From positions 90,272,001-90,336,000 of the forward strand of contig OX597814.1 of assembly GCA_951406725.2 (NCBI GenBank): 64,000 nucleotides of DNA, given 5' to 3'. Under the pieces are notes generated by a model. The model did no database searches. It saw only the letters and a list, made by a program, of their open reading frames with translations, and was not told the origin of the DNA. How positions within the stretch are numbered: the first letter of the stretch is position 1; the number at the start of each line of letters is the position of its first letter. A program made the position numbers and the translations under genes. Positions 40,511 through 54,315 of the stretch are shown here, piece after piece. Origin of the DNA: Octopus vulgaris. Lineage: Eukaryota.

Positions 40511-42559
40511 GCTATCATCCATACACACACTTGTATGGATATGCATATATACTTACGTACATAAACAAACAGAATATGCACACATACATATATACATAAT
40601 GCATATATACAAATACACAAGCATATTACATGTACTCTACGAAACACTTATGTGTGAATATATTGTGTATAAAAATGAAATCCGTTTATATAATACATAA
40701 AACTGTAAAAATATTTCAATGATATAGTTTACATCATGTATAAAAATCAATTTCTACATGGAAAATATTTCCTAAATTAATATATTTCTCACCCAGATCG
40801 TAAAAGTGCAGGTAAGATCCGGAACTCTAATATGAATGGTTGACTACGTAGTAATTAAACTCTAGTCCTCGAGTGACCAAGCCGTTGAGGTAAACAAGAT
40901 AATGAAAATTTATTAATTCAACAGTTTTTCGAATGTAAAATTTGTATGCGTTTCTCGGCAAATGATATCCATCAGGTAATTACTGGAATCAATGAATGGA
41001 AAAAAGCTGCGCATTTTTCCAGTGAAGCGATTAGATAATAATTGCATCCACGAACTACTTAAGTCTATTGAAAAATATTACTATCTCAAATTAATGTTGT
41101 TAGCCGATATTTGGATTAATTCATTAGCAATGCTACTATTATTAATCAAAATATAATTAAATACATAGAAAATATAAGGTTGGTCGTATGCTTCTCTGTA
41201 AACGTCCGTAGATTCAATGAACTCATTTGTTTATCGGTAAGCGTAAGTGAATAATTGGCTATTTTTTTTAAGAATGATCAATACAAATATACATTCGTTT
41301 CAATGATTAGCGGCACAATATTGTTAATAATAAACAAATAATTATTTAAAAAAATATTATGAATAGTATAGAAATGCAAGTTTATTCAACCTAATGTCCA
41401 GACAAATAGTCTGCTGTATTACTTTCTTTGTACTATTGGTCTTCGAATATGACAAAGAAACCAATTATCGCATCTGTTGGATTGACATTTACACTATCAC
41501 GAGCATCTCAGTAGAGGTATCTGAATATTACACTGTTTAAATATTTAGTTTGCCAGTGATAATTTTGTAAGAATTAATCATAACTAGTACTTTTGAATAT
41601 TTGTATTTGTAAATTCTAACATAAAACCTTGAATACCTTTTTGAAAAATTCATTAAAAATCCGTTCGTTGCTCTTTTTGCGAGATTCCTGCAAAACAAAT
41701 ATGTTTCTGTGGATTTCTCCATACTTCTCAGGGCTGTTTATGCATTCAGGCATTTAAAATTTGAAATTGCTTTAGATCAGTTAATTATAGTGAAAGATAA
41801 ACTAAATTTCCTTCATGCTTGGTGATGAATAAAAATATCATTAGCGTGAGTAATATGAAATTACAAGAAACGAAAAGTAATAGACATTGCTTGGTGAAAT
41901 CATATACCTTCATTCCTTCCTTCGTTCATTCACTCATTCATTCAAAAACATTTGCATTATCAACTAAATCAACTATACCAAGAATTTAATTTTTAATTGG
42001 ACACATGATACACATTTCGTAAGAAGCTTGTAATTTATTAAACCTATGAAGCAATATCTCTCGTAGACATTTTGTCTACATGAAAGTGTTAAAAGGAATG
42101 GTCACTGCATGGTTTGAATGTATGTAGTTGTTAGTTGCTGGAAGAGCTAAATATACAATTAAAATAACATTATAATGTCCACGTAATATATTTTATTATT
42201 GACACCAACGTACATTCATACATATTAGTTTATATAACCATTGCAGGTAACAGTTATATAAATATAGAGATGATGAATTTTGAACATAGTCACGAAGTCA
42301 CAGATTTTAAGAAGATGGTATTATCAATTAAGTTGATTGCATTATTTGTCTGCTGCTATGGGTATAATTGTAAACAATATCCATTGTTAGGCGTCTGTTT
42401 TGGGGACTTTCATGATTTTCAGAAGTGTGGAACAACCTCTTAGCCACTGTTATTCCCAGTTCTTCTCTAACTAGGATAAGTAGCACCTGTCAGAGCTCCA
42501 GCTATGCGTTAATGAGCTTATTAGGTTTTTCCTACCTATGCTTGTGAAGATTGGATACG

Positions 42560-42860
42560 GGGTATTCTAAAAAAATATTCGTGGCTCAACTGAAGGAAAG
42601 GTAACTGTAAGGAGCAAGATGACGCAACTCAAACATTTTGGTCATCTAATGCATTTGTCTATTCCCATTCGTGTGGACTTGGTTTTGACACAAGCCTGAA
42701 GCTTGTTTCGGGCGATAAAGCTAATTTGACAGGGCGCAAGCATTCTTTCCGTTAAACAAAGACACTGCGTTATCAGTCATCCTTGAAGACGACTAGACGG
42801 TCGTTGTCGCGCCGAAGAACGAAAATGAGTGGAGATACGTCGGAAGCATAACAATTAAAG
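42560..42860 (+). mobile_element. Possible decayed RTE LINE C-terminal fragment
   Basis: SKMTQLKHFGHLMH at ~42613-42654 resembles the RTE QLKYFGHxMR motif; NEWRYV lies downstream. Confidence 0.35.
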
Positions 42861-43674
42861 TCGATATCAACAAGGTGGCGAACAAAGAAACAAGAAACAA
42901 AGAAGCTTTTAATAAAAAATGTTAATGATGTCTATAATTATGTTATGAAGATATCTACTGATAATGACAAACAAGACTATTAATGTGAAGAGTGCAACGA
43001 TTTACATCCCCAAAATTTATTATTTACAGAAGGTCGATATTTATATATAGAGCAGAGCAACTTGAATTTTTCTTGAATTTTATCCTTTACTTTAACGGCA
43101 GTTATGAGGGTAAATGCATCTCTCTTTAAACTTTGCAGTTAGACGTAGAGGCATCTAGATATGATTCATTAACATTTATGTTATCATCCTATTCTTAAAG
43201 GTTCTGACATTAATGTGAAAGATAACATATATAGGTTCTCTGGTTTTCTGTTAGAAATCATTTACCAGCATCTTCGGAATTAATGATATCCAGGTGCCCT
43301 TGTCAAATTGATTGGATAATCTACAGTAAGTATTTTTACCGTTAAACATACAGAAACAACCAGTAGGTTCTTTTGGAACACCTTGCGATAGATTACAATT
43401 TTACTGCGTTTGTCTTAAACATGTTGCAATGGTTGTTGTAATATGTATATGTGTGTGTGTGCGCGTGCGTGTGAGAGTATGTGTACCTGTTAGTGTTGCA
43501 GCTGCTTCAAATGAATTTTTCTGATGATTTATTAGAAATATCATTACCTACACAACGTCGATTTTTGTCCTGTCTACATATGTAGAGGCCAAAGAGTAAT
43601 CTAAACCATATTCATTTTTAGGATCATAAACAACACTGTTCAAATCATCACCATTATCATCGTCACCGTTATCA

Positions 43675-43706
<32 letters not shown>

Positions 43707-43714
43707 ATCATCAT

Positions 43715-43884
43715 CGTTAGTTTTGGCTTGCCTCAGGTTTGGTCATATTCCCGGTAGGATTTATGTGGGTAGCGTGTGAGTACCTGTAACCTAAGATAGC
43801 CGCAAGTTTTCCGCTGTCTTTCAAGTGCTTAGAACATTCCTAATAATCCTTGCTGCCCTTAAGAGACAAACTTTCTGGAGGAGC

Positions 43885-43918
<34 letters not shown>

Positions 43919-45490
43919 GTTGTTGTTGTTGTTGCTGTTGTTGTTGTTATTACTATTATTGTTATTGTTGTTGTTGTTGTTGTTCGGTTTTGGCTACGCG
44001 GAATAGATTGCGTAATCCCTTGTTGCGTAAAGCTCCTTCATGCCCTTTTTGTACTTCTTTTGTTTTTCCTTTTTTACTCTGCTTTCAATACTCCCTCATT
44101 CTTAACAAACACTAGTCAGGTTTCTTTAGTTTGGGCTAGGTGTCTCATTAAGCTCTTGAGTTCGACACGTACGCATTCTTCCACACTTATCAGTCCCCTT
44201 CTTCCATTTGCTCTCTTCATGTATTGGCTATCAGTGTCAGCACTTGGATGATAGGTTCCAGGCATTGTCAGGAGCTTTCTTGTCTTCCTGTGCAACTCCT
44301 TTAGCTCCTCGCCTGTCCACTTAAGGATTTCCAGCAGCATATAGAACTGCTGTGACTGCGCGCGTTTATTCCGAAATTATGTTTCTGGCATTCAACTTTG
44401 AAGCCAATATTTCTCTCACTCGCCGTATGTACTCTTTCTTTATCTTTTATTTCATATTGTTGTGTTTAATTCCATCTGCCTCAAGTATTCCCAGGTATTT
44501 ATAACTGGATTGCCTTCATCTTTCCACCACTTGACATCCATATGCATTCTGCCCTCACTCATTAACATCGTAGCCCATTTTCTGAGTCTTAACTCCATCT
44601 TAATATCATTCTAGAAATACAGTTCTGCTTCACTTTTTGTGAATAACTTCTAGTAGTCCATTAATAGCAAATGGTTCAGTTTTCTCTTATGTTTCCCAGA
44701 TCATACCCGAACATTGTCTTCTGTGGTGTTTCACTCAAGGGGATCATTCCCAACGAAAATATAACTGGGTACACGCTGTGTCTCTGAAATATTTCTCTCT
44801 TGATTTTCATCTCTCCTAGTACCTGACTCCCTGTTGTCAATTCACTTCTCCAGCATTTCATACTGTTCCATATAAGACTACTACTCCATACATTTCCATT
44901 GTTCTTGTTATCCAGGTGTGTGATAGCATATCGTATGTTTTATGATAGTCAATTCATGCCATGATCAGGTTTGTGTGTCTTTTGCAGTTACTGATAATTA
45001 GATTATCAATTAACAACTATCCTTGCGTTCCCCGCCTCTTCTTTCGGTACTATTTATGTTCAAGCGGTAGCAGCTCGCTTTATTCTAAGTGTCTATACAG
45101 TTAACTGGCCAAAGCATCTGACAACAGTCACCACATTAGCAGAAGACATTATTCGTCGAAAGGTGTATTACTCTTTTCAGGACCCTTGGCACATAACAAT
45201 GTGTTTCTCTTTGTCACCCAACTGAGCACTGCACCTTCCTGCGAGCACTCATTTAGATGTTGCGCTATCCTTTCATGGAGTCTTCTTCATCCAATAACCT
45301 TGGGTTCCATCCGGTCCTGGGCTATTTTTATCATCTCTGTAGTTATTTTGATGTTGTCTTGGCTTTCTATATTTCTTAACCTATCTTCGATTTCATGCAG
45401 CCATTCCGCTTCATCATTATGCTTTACAGGTTGGTCCTAGATTTTTCCCAGAATGCCCTGCTTTCCTATGCACCTGGCATCATTGTTATG
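43715..45490 (-). mobile_element. Old, decayed R4/Dong-clade LINE
   Basis: Fragments ESRAFW, HNDEAEWL, KREIFQRHSVYPVIF, YKYLGILEADGIKH, WTGEELKELHRKTRKLLTM..YHPSAD..GRRGLISVE and C-terminal LQKVCLLRAARIIRNVL*; many stops and frameshifts; homologous to the adjacent young copy. Confidence 0.85.
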
Positions 45491-45498
45491 TGTAATCG

Positions 45499-45499
<1 letters not shown>

Positions 45500-45579
<80 letters not shown>

Positions 45580-45645
45580 CATTATTGTTGTTGTTGTTGT
45601 TATAATAATAATTATTATTATTATCGGTGTTGTTGTTGTTGCTTC

Positions 45646-45715
<70 letters not shown>
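45500..45715. repeat. (ATT)n/(GTT)n tract between the two Dong copies; matching (ATT)n at 47817-47877
   Basis: Direct reading. Confidence 0.95.
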
Positions 45716-45718
<3 letters not shown>

Positions 45719-47816
45719 TAGTTTTATTTTTATAGCGTGCTTTCACTTCACTACCGAGCGCAGCTCTGTGTGCCTTGGGTATGTGCTGTGATTTGTTGTG
45801 ATGCTCTGATGGTTATTGTATGGAAAGTGTTCTGCGTAGGATGTGTGCAGTGCCTAGTAGTGCAATTTTCTGTATGTTATATGTGTTTGTAAGTCCTGGT
45901 GTTTTTGTTATGTATTTGTCTGAATATTTTTTTATCATGCCTAATGCACCTACTATGATAGGAATTGTTTCTGTTTTCAGGTTCCACATTCTAGTTACCT
46001 CTATTTCCAGGTCTTTGTATTTTGAGAGTTTCTCCATTTCTTTTAGAGACACGTTGTCATCTGCCGGTATTGATACATCAATTAGAAAGCATTTTTTTTC
46101 TTCATGATCTCTGACAACTATATCTGGTCTGTTGGCCTTAATTTCTCTATCTGTGTGTATCGGCATATCCCAGAGTATGGTTGCTTTCTCGTTTTCTGTG
46201 ACCTTTTCTGGTGTGTGCCTATACCATCTGTTTTCTGTTGTTATTCCATAATGTTGGCATAGCTTCCAATGTATGTAGGTTCCAACTCTGTCATGTCTGT
46301 GAATATATTCCTTCTTAGCCAGGACTGGGCAGCTAGAGGTAATATGATTTATTGTTTCTTGTCCATCTCCACATATTCTGCAGTTACTTGTAATATTTCT
46401 TTTCATTACATGTTTTTGGTAATTTCTTGTGGGGAGGCTTTGGTCTTGTGCTGCAATTAAAAATCCCTCTGTTTCTGCTTTGAGTCCTGAGCTTCTCAAC
46501 CATTGCTGGGATTTTTCTTTGTCTATTTCTTTTGCGTTTAGTTTAGTGCAGTATTTACCATGAAGGGGCTTTTCTTGCCATCGTTTTATCATGGCTCGTT
46601 GCTGTTCTATTTTTAGTTTGGATTTCATTTGTTTTATAGCTTTTGTTGTTTCTTCATCATCTTCTTCTTCTTCTTTGTGTTTATTAGGTGGTATGATTTC
46701 TTGTTTGTATTTGTCAGCTTCCTTAAATACTGAGAACAGTTTTTTGTTTTGCTCGTGTTTTGCTGCTATCTGGATCAGTTTTCCTTCCTTCTGAAGTAGG
46801 TATTTTTGCAGTCCTATGGTGGTTATCTTATAGTAGTTTTCCAGCTGTATAAGGCCTCTACCACCTTCTATACGTTGTATATATAGTCTTTCTATGTCAG
46901 ATTTTGGGTGATGCATCCTAGATCCTGTCAGTATTTTTCTTGTTTTCCTATCTATTTTGGACAGTTCATTTCGTGTCCAGTTAAGGATATTGTAGCTGTA
47001 ACTTATAACTGGGACAGCTAAAGTGTTGATACCTATTATCTTGTTTTTAGCATTGAGCTCTGTTTTTAGCATTAATCTAACTCGTCTATAATATTCTTTT
47101 TTTATTTTCTCTTTCATTTGTGTGTGTTGTGTCTTATCTAGTTCATGGATTCCTCAGTATTTGTAAGTTTGGCTTTGGTCTAATTCTTTTATTTCATTGG
47201 TTTTATCTAGTGTGATGTTGTTACTCTTAACTAGTTTTCCTGTTTTCATGGTTACTTTGGCGCATTTTTCTAATCCAAATTTCATATCTATTTCTTTGGT
47301 AAATCCATGAACTGTCTTTAATTGTGTTTCCAGCTGTTTGTCATTTGCAGCGTATAGCTTTAGGTCATCCATATATAAAAGGTGGCTGATCGTTTTGCCG
47401 TAACATTTATATCCGCATCCAGTTCTATTTAGCATATCAGATAGAGGTGACAGTGCCAAGCAGAAAAGGAGTGGAGAGAGCGTGTCTCCCTGGAATATTC
47501 CTCTTCTAATGGGGATGTCTTTGGTTTTCATGAGTCCTTCTTTTGTTTGGAGGTGTAGGACTGTTTGCCATTTATTCATAGAGTGCTCTATGAATTTTAT
47601 GATTGTTGGTGCTACTTTGTTAATGGCTAGTGTTTCGAGGATCCATGTGTGGGGGATGCTATCAAACGCCTTTTTGTAGTCAATCCAGGCCATACTGAGG
47701 CCTTTCTTCTTTTTGTGGCTGTCTTCAGTTACGGGTTTATTAATCATTAGTTGATCTTTACAGCCATATGAGCCCTTGCGGCATCCTTTCTGCTCTTCTG
47801 GGAACAGAAGAGCAGA

Positions 47817-47817
<1 letters not shown>
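45716..47817 (-). mobile_element. Young 5'-truncated R4/Dong-clade non-LTR retrotransposon inserted in (TAA)n
   Basis: RT plus CCHC plus REL ORF, ~100-nt 3' UTR ending AATAAAACTACTG, (TAA)n directly on both sides; TAA-repeat targeting is established for Dong elements. Confidence 0.93.
45813..47807 (-). pseudogene. R4/Dong reverse transcriptase / restriction-like endonuclease ORF, 5'-truncated, one in-frame stop
   Basis: One frame: LFPEEQKGCRKGSYGCKDQL, WIDYKKAFDSIPH, GIFQGDTLSPLLF, LLYMDDLKLY, YKY*G (TGA at 47154-47156 in place of Leu), CRICGDGQETINHITSSC, RHD, RPDIV..IDVSIP..EKLSKY. Confidence 0.93.
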
Positions 47818-47877
<60 letters not shown>

Positions 47878-50160
47878 GAAGTAGTATTAATTTTTGGAAT
47901 CCCTTCTTTCTAACTGGAAAAACTTCCTGTTCAAAATAACGCTCCAATTTACGCGTGACTCCAATCGAATACTTGCCAAAAGAACAAAACGGTATCAACT
48001 CTAAAGGAAAAAGACATCTAAACAAAAACCAATGAATACTCTCATATACAAGTTGTATGTAATATAAAATGTAGCAATTCAGCAAAAGATAACATTAACA
48101 GGAAACGACTGAATAACTAAATTAGTATATGTTTTGAAAAGACAAAGAAAACCTCTAATGCGCAATTATATTCACCTATATGTGAACCCTAAGTGTGAAT
48201 CTTTTCAGGAGAGATAAACTGCATGAAGGTATTTCCTCATAAGACGGGCTGGACACTGCTTGAATTTATGAACTAGACACAATTGAAAAGAAAGTTAACA
48301 TACCTCCTTGCCAATTTCACAGGCGTCCTGTAATTAGTTGCATCGTTCGCAGATACGAAGGGTAATTTTCCCTTTACAGCAAGAGGCTAGAAGTATTGTA
48401 GAATACACGTAGTCTAGACAAATCGAATAAGTAGTGTAATGTTAAACTATAATAGCATTAGATACAGCTCTCCGAAAGCTGATTCTACAATGTATGGGAA
48501 GATAAAACACAAGGGACGCTATCAAGGACATAGGTGATAGTCTTTCAATACTTTTGTGTTACCCTTCGTGTAAGGTGTTCAGTACCCACACCACACTCTC
48601 TGGAGTACGCGAGTGGATGATGTAGCAGTACTGTGCAAATTCTCACGATTGAGCAAAACCACACAACAATCCAATCTTGTGCTCTGAATCTGAAGCTAAC
48701 AGGAATGCTTTTAACTAAGGGAGATATGTGAGGTAATAAAATCGTTTAAGGTCATTTTGCTTCAGTTTCAAAGAAGATAAGTAAAAGCAACGGCAACAGC
48801 TAAATTAGATTGATGATAATTAAGGAACTCTAGTTGAAATATGGATATGTCGGAGAAAAATCGTCTCGTACTCATTTCCATGAGTCAGTGCAGTGGCACT
48901 CTTCTTCGATATTCACCACTGGAGCTGACAATAAAGTGGAGATATAAAACAAACGACAATATCAAGAAATGGATGACACTGATTTCACTCTGACTGCAGT
49001 ACCATGCCATCCAATTTGTGAGACTGACACTTGAAATACAATGAAGCATCAAAAGAAAAGAAAGCAGTGAAAATAGGATTATATATTTTGTGAAAAGTAT
49101 ACCGCCTTCAGTAAGGAGGGATCCATCTACAATGAGAAATTAATCTTCCCTCCGTAAATTCGAATTTTATAAAACGTTACAAGACCAACGAAAGGGAAAT
49201 GTGTAATAATTGGGACGTGCAAAAGGAGAAACGAATGCAGAAAGAAGCCGGAATCAGATTACACTAAGCACTAAAAACTTGGCTGTTATTGTTTTCTTGT
49301 AATTGATGGAAGTTTACCTAGCTCAATGAACGAAATGAGTGCTAGTTGTCCATCTTGACATCAGAACGTCTCACGAAATTTCCGGAATGTCGGCGAGTGA
49401 AATCAGAATAACGTGATTCTCTTGTTTTTAACTTTGACAACCTCATTTATAATGAAGATATGTTTATTTTTTCTATCACTATTATTATTCCCAGCATCAA
49501 GGAAAATATAATATTAAAATTATGCTTTATCACAGCATCGGCAATAGGAAAAAGGCTGTGAATTGAAGATGAAACACAATTTCGATTACATCTTGACGCC
49601 ATTCTGATGTTGCTTGAAAGCTATTTTCAAAGACTATGATCGCCGAATAAAAAAATAATGCTTGATTCATTCTGTGGAAATAATAATGCTTTTCTTTTAT
49701 TTAAAAATACAGAACAAAAGCTATAAAGAAACCATGTTTGTTGGAATATGGAATCAAAATCTAAATTCAAATGTAAAGCTTATACTACAATGTTTTTGCT
49801 TACTTTGACGACTAGTCAACATTTGATTATTAAGAATGACCACATGAAAGCCTTTGAATTACAAGGAAATCTTCGTATTGGTTTCTTTTCTTCATGTATC
49901 ATAAAGGGAATTATTGGAAATTTCAAAGAAATCTATACAACATGTTTAAATTATGCCATTGGTTCTGAGGTTTCTTGGGTAAATAAGCATGCATGAAATA
50001 TTGTATATGTCTGTCTATCTATCTATCTTCTTATGTATACACACACATACACACATATACACAGAAGATATGCGTGTGTGTTTGCTACATTATATCCCTA
50101 AACACACACACACACACATACACACACATATATATTTATAAATATATATATATATATATT

Positions 50161-50200
<40 letters not shown>

Positions 50201-50267
50201 TACATATATATACATACATATACATATATATTTGCATACATATAAAAACATCGTGTTAAATATATTG

Positions 50268-50479
50268 GTTTCAAATTTCGACTCAAGACCAGTAATTTCG
50301 GGGTACGGGGAAATCTATTACATCTACCTAATGCTCAACTGGTACTTATTTTCTAGACTCCTAAAGGATGGATGGTAAACTCGACTTCGCTGGAATGTAT
50401 ACTCAAAACGTAAAGACGGACGAAATGACACTAAACGTTCTGCCCGGCGTGCTAATGATTTTGCCAGCTCACCGCCTTA
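50268..50479 (-). mobile_element. SINE family A, tail type B, with 18-bp TSD
   Basis: TSD atcgtgttaaatatattg (50250-50267) and atcttgttaaacatattg (50480-50497). Confidence 0.85.
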
Positions 50480-51496
50480 ATCTTGTTAAACATATTGCTA
50501 TGTTGCCTATGTAAATACTTAATATGAACAATAGACAGTCACTAATACATACTGACACATACTTACCTACAGACACTCATATACACACATTTGCGAAGAA
50601 TTTGTCTCACACACAGACATTTATTTCTGGTAGTTCTCCATGAAAAACCAAGATGACTGTATTTCAGTTAAACACTCAATAAGTTGTTAGTGCAGAAGGT
50701 ATGTGTTTTAGTTAGAATGCATAATAGAGTTAATGTAAATTGTTTCATTGTATACCGTCATAATGAATAGATATGATATTAAAAACAATAAATTATTTCT
50801 ATAAGACAGATTTAATAGAGAGCTACACACATACGCACACACCTACCTTGTGATGGTAGGAAAATACTTAAATTGAAAAGATCGATTAGATTATTCAGAA
50901 ATTTGTAAATTTTTTAACCTATTCTAAAAGTTAAATCTCAAAGAAAGGAATTGTTTTCTTTAATGAATTGACTAGGAGGGTGGGAATTTCAAGATAATTG
51001 CAGATTTAAGTGAAAAAAAATTAAATGTATGGCTTAGAATTTCTAATATATAGAAAGCATATAATTACTATATTTATGTATAACCTAAATTCATAATTTT
51101 CTATAGAAGAAGCAATATAAATACAATAAACAGATCTATTATTCATAAGAAAGGTAAAATTTTCTAGACTCCTAAAGGATGGATGGTAAACTCGACTTCG
51201 CTGGAATGTATACTCAAAACGTAAAGACGGACGAAATGACACTAAACGTTCTGTCCGGCGTGCTAACGATTTTGCCAGCTCACCGCCTTAATCTTGTTAA
51301 ACATATTGCTATGTTGCCTATGTAAATACTTAATATGAACAATAGACAGTCACTAATACATACTGACACATACTTACCTACAGACACTCATATACACACA
51401 TTTGCGAAGAATTTGTCTCACACACAGACATTTATTTCTGGTAGTTCTCCATGAAAAACCAAGATGACTGTATTTCAGTTAAACACTCAATAAGTT
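50348..51496 (+). repeat. 338-bp direct duplication (50348-50685 and 51159-51496) separated by 473 bp
   Basis: Offset 811; only two substitutions seen (tgcccgg/tgtccgg and ctaatga/ctaacga). Confidence 0.92.
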
Positions 51497-51551
51497 AATA
51501 AGTTATCATATATCATGATAATTGTGTTTGTTATTAAAAGAAAAATATATT

Positions 51552-51922
51552 TATTTGTATATTGCCCACAGGGGGCTAAACAGAGGGGGAGGGACAAGGA
51601 CAAAGGGATTAAGTCAATTACATTGACCACAGTGCGTAACTGGTACTTACTTAATCGACCCTGAAATGATGAAAGGCAAAGTCAACCTCGGCAGAATTTG
51701 AACTCAGAACGTAACGGCAGACGAAATACCTATTTCTTTACTACCCACAAGAGGCTAAACACAGAGAGGACAGACAAACGGATTAAGTCGATTATATCGA
51801 CCCCAGTGCGTAACTGGTAATTATTTAATCGACCCCAAAAGAATGAACGGCAAAGTCGACCTCGGCGGAATTTGAACTGAGAAAGTAGTGGCAGACGAAA
51901 TTCCGCAAAGCATTTCGCCCGG
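51552..51922 (-). mobile_element. Tandem dimer of SINE family A (tail type A)
   Basis: Two consecutive core-plus-tail units joined at gacgaaatacc|tatttcttta (51730/51731). Confidence 0.85.
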
Positions 51923-52256
51923 ATTCTTTTGCTTATAATAATGAGAGAACTACTTTTGAGCGATGCAACACAATAAGAGGAGGCCAAACGATATTTTAAG
52001 CATAGAAAGGTTAGTTCTATTTGTTTCATCACATAAGAGGCACTTGTTTGTATTTAAATATTTTAGAATCTAATCATCACGAGCACTTTGAAAATGTTTT
52101 AGTGAAACTGTAAGTCATTCGTTAATAAGAAACACTATTGAGAAAAAGCAATAAGTATAAATTAATCAGATATACTATTTCATACATGCATATACATATC
52201 CATGCATACAAATACGTACATATATGAATTTATATATATGAACTCATATAAGAATC

Positions 52257-52940
52257 ATGGTGGAGGGGAGGAGTTCAATGCACTTTAAGTGTGGGTAAAA
52301 GGGCCACATAGAAACCACAGTTCCTACAACTAGAAGTACCTCCTCCACCTTCTGACGACCCGAAAAATGCAAGGACGATCCAACCAGCACCACCACGAAA
52401 CAAACCATCAACCCACTCCAAACTGTCGAACCGAAAGAGGAAAAGAAGGCAACCAACACCCCTATAAAGAAGCCTACATAAAATGTGTCACAGAGGGACG
52501 TGGAGAACAGCAAGAAGGACACCCCAAAGGAACCACCATCAGCCTTCTTCGAGGAGACTGATGGCGGATGGACAATGGCCAAAAAGAGACGAAAAAAATG
52601 AAAGGTACGACCCCCCGCACTCATAAAAAGACCATCAAAGAAAACCCCAAGCGCGCATCCACAACATACACACGCATACCACAAACCTCCTCAGTTACCC
52701 CAAACAAAGAAGCCATGAAAAACAAAGACAACCAAAATCCCGCACTTATACCATACACACAGAAAACATAAACATTCAGCTCACTTTTGCCAAACAAAGC
52801 CACCTATAATCCATTTACACAAGACGTATCACCGCCAGCAACGCCGGGGGAAAATAAACCACCCTAGCTAAACATACATACAGAAATTCACGTGTTACCC
52901 CATATTTAGCCCCTACACACCCGAACCCCAGCGAACTCAA
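52257..52940 (+). mobile_element. Possible decayed non-LTR ORF1 (gag-like zinc knuckle) fragment
   Basis: MVEGRSSMHFKCG*KGHI resembles a CX2CX4H knuckle and is followed by A/C-skewed K/P/T-rich sequence. Confidence 0.35.
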
Positions 52941-53369
52941 AAGACAATACAATGATCTTTTTCATCAACTTTTACGCGCAATTTAATCATATGTAGCTTC
53001 AACCCATTTTGTCTAGCCTGTACTGTGAATGAAGCGTATGCCTTGCTACTTGTGTAAGTGAGATGATTGAATGTGAGTACCAGTGATCCTAAAAGAAGAT
53101 CAAAAGACAATGCGACATTCCTTCTTTATCAGGTGTTACATGCTATCTAATACTTCAACGCATTCTGTCTGTCCTGATTTGTGAATGAAGAGATGACTTG
53201 AACGTAAGTACCAGTAATTCTAAAAGATCAGTGATTATTCGTGGTTTGTGGACCCGCGTGTCCTTCACGCTATTTTTCTCATTTCCGCAATTTCATTATC
53301 TATACACTCTTTTGACCCCCATATTTTGCCCCTCCTGTATTGTTCCTATATGTCGACCCTAGTGGCTAA

Positions 53370-53627
53370 TGAAGAATTAAATTTCTTGCCGATCAACCAC
53401 ACAGATGATTTGTTTATAGTGATGAACTGTTTGTGTAGACATAAGCTCACCCCCTCCATCAAAATCGACATTACCTGTACAGGTGTAATGGCTGTCACAT
53501 GCTAGATGACCAAATCATCGCAGAGCAACGTGAAATGAAGCTTGCTCAAGAACGCAACGCCCGTTCTAGGAATCGAACCTATGATCTCTCATACGTGAGT
53601 TGAACACCTTAACTACTAAGCTATGCG

Positions 53628-53630
<3 letters not shown>
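53370..53630 (-). mobile_element. tRNA-derived SINE (ttcttgagcaag central segment, distinct 3' body)
   Basis: Minus strand gcgcatagcttagtagttaagg (A-box), ggttcgattcc (B-box), gcgttcttgagcaag...atttcacgttgctc. Confidence 0.7.
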
Positions 53631-53671
<41 letters not shown>

Positions 53672-53854
53672 TGTGTGTGTGTGTGTGTTCGTGTGTGTAT
53701 ACATGAGTGAGTGGACAACAAACGAAAGAATAGCACTCAAATAATTTATCACGAGTTACATGTGTGGATCAAAACAGTTTGCCAAAACCATTATGTATAT
53801 GTGTGTATATATGTATGAGTATATACATATGTGTGCGTGTATGTATATATTTTG

Positions 53855-53928
<74 letters not shown>

Positions 53929-54315
53929 TGTGTGTGAAGGGATAATTACGAATTCAATCTATTCCACTGGATGATACCAACTGTGAAGCTTTTTCCTACT
54001 AGATAATAGAAAATGATCAATTGCACTTATTTTATTTTGAATATTGGAGACACAAATGTTCGTTATTGATACCTGCCCAAAGTACTGCAGCGCACTATAA
54101 AGTCATATGTTCATTGCACTCTTAAGGAAAAAAAATCACTTTCAAGTATTTGTTGGCACTAACAGCTACTTTTGGCCCTGTGGAGAAGCAGTGACATTAC
54201 CCATGTTCTTAAAAGCTGAGAAAAAAATGAAATATGGGAAGCCACAGGAAGTATAAAGGAATTACTTTATTCTCTGTACCGAGAAATGCTTTCTATATCG
54301 TGCTACATATCCAGT

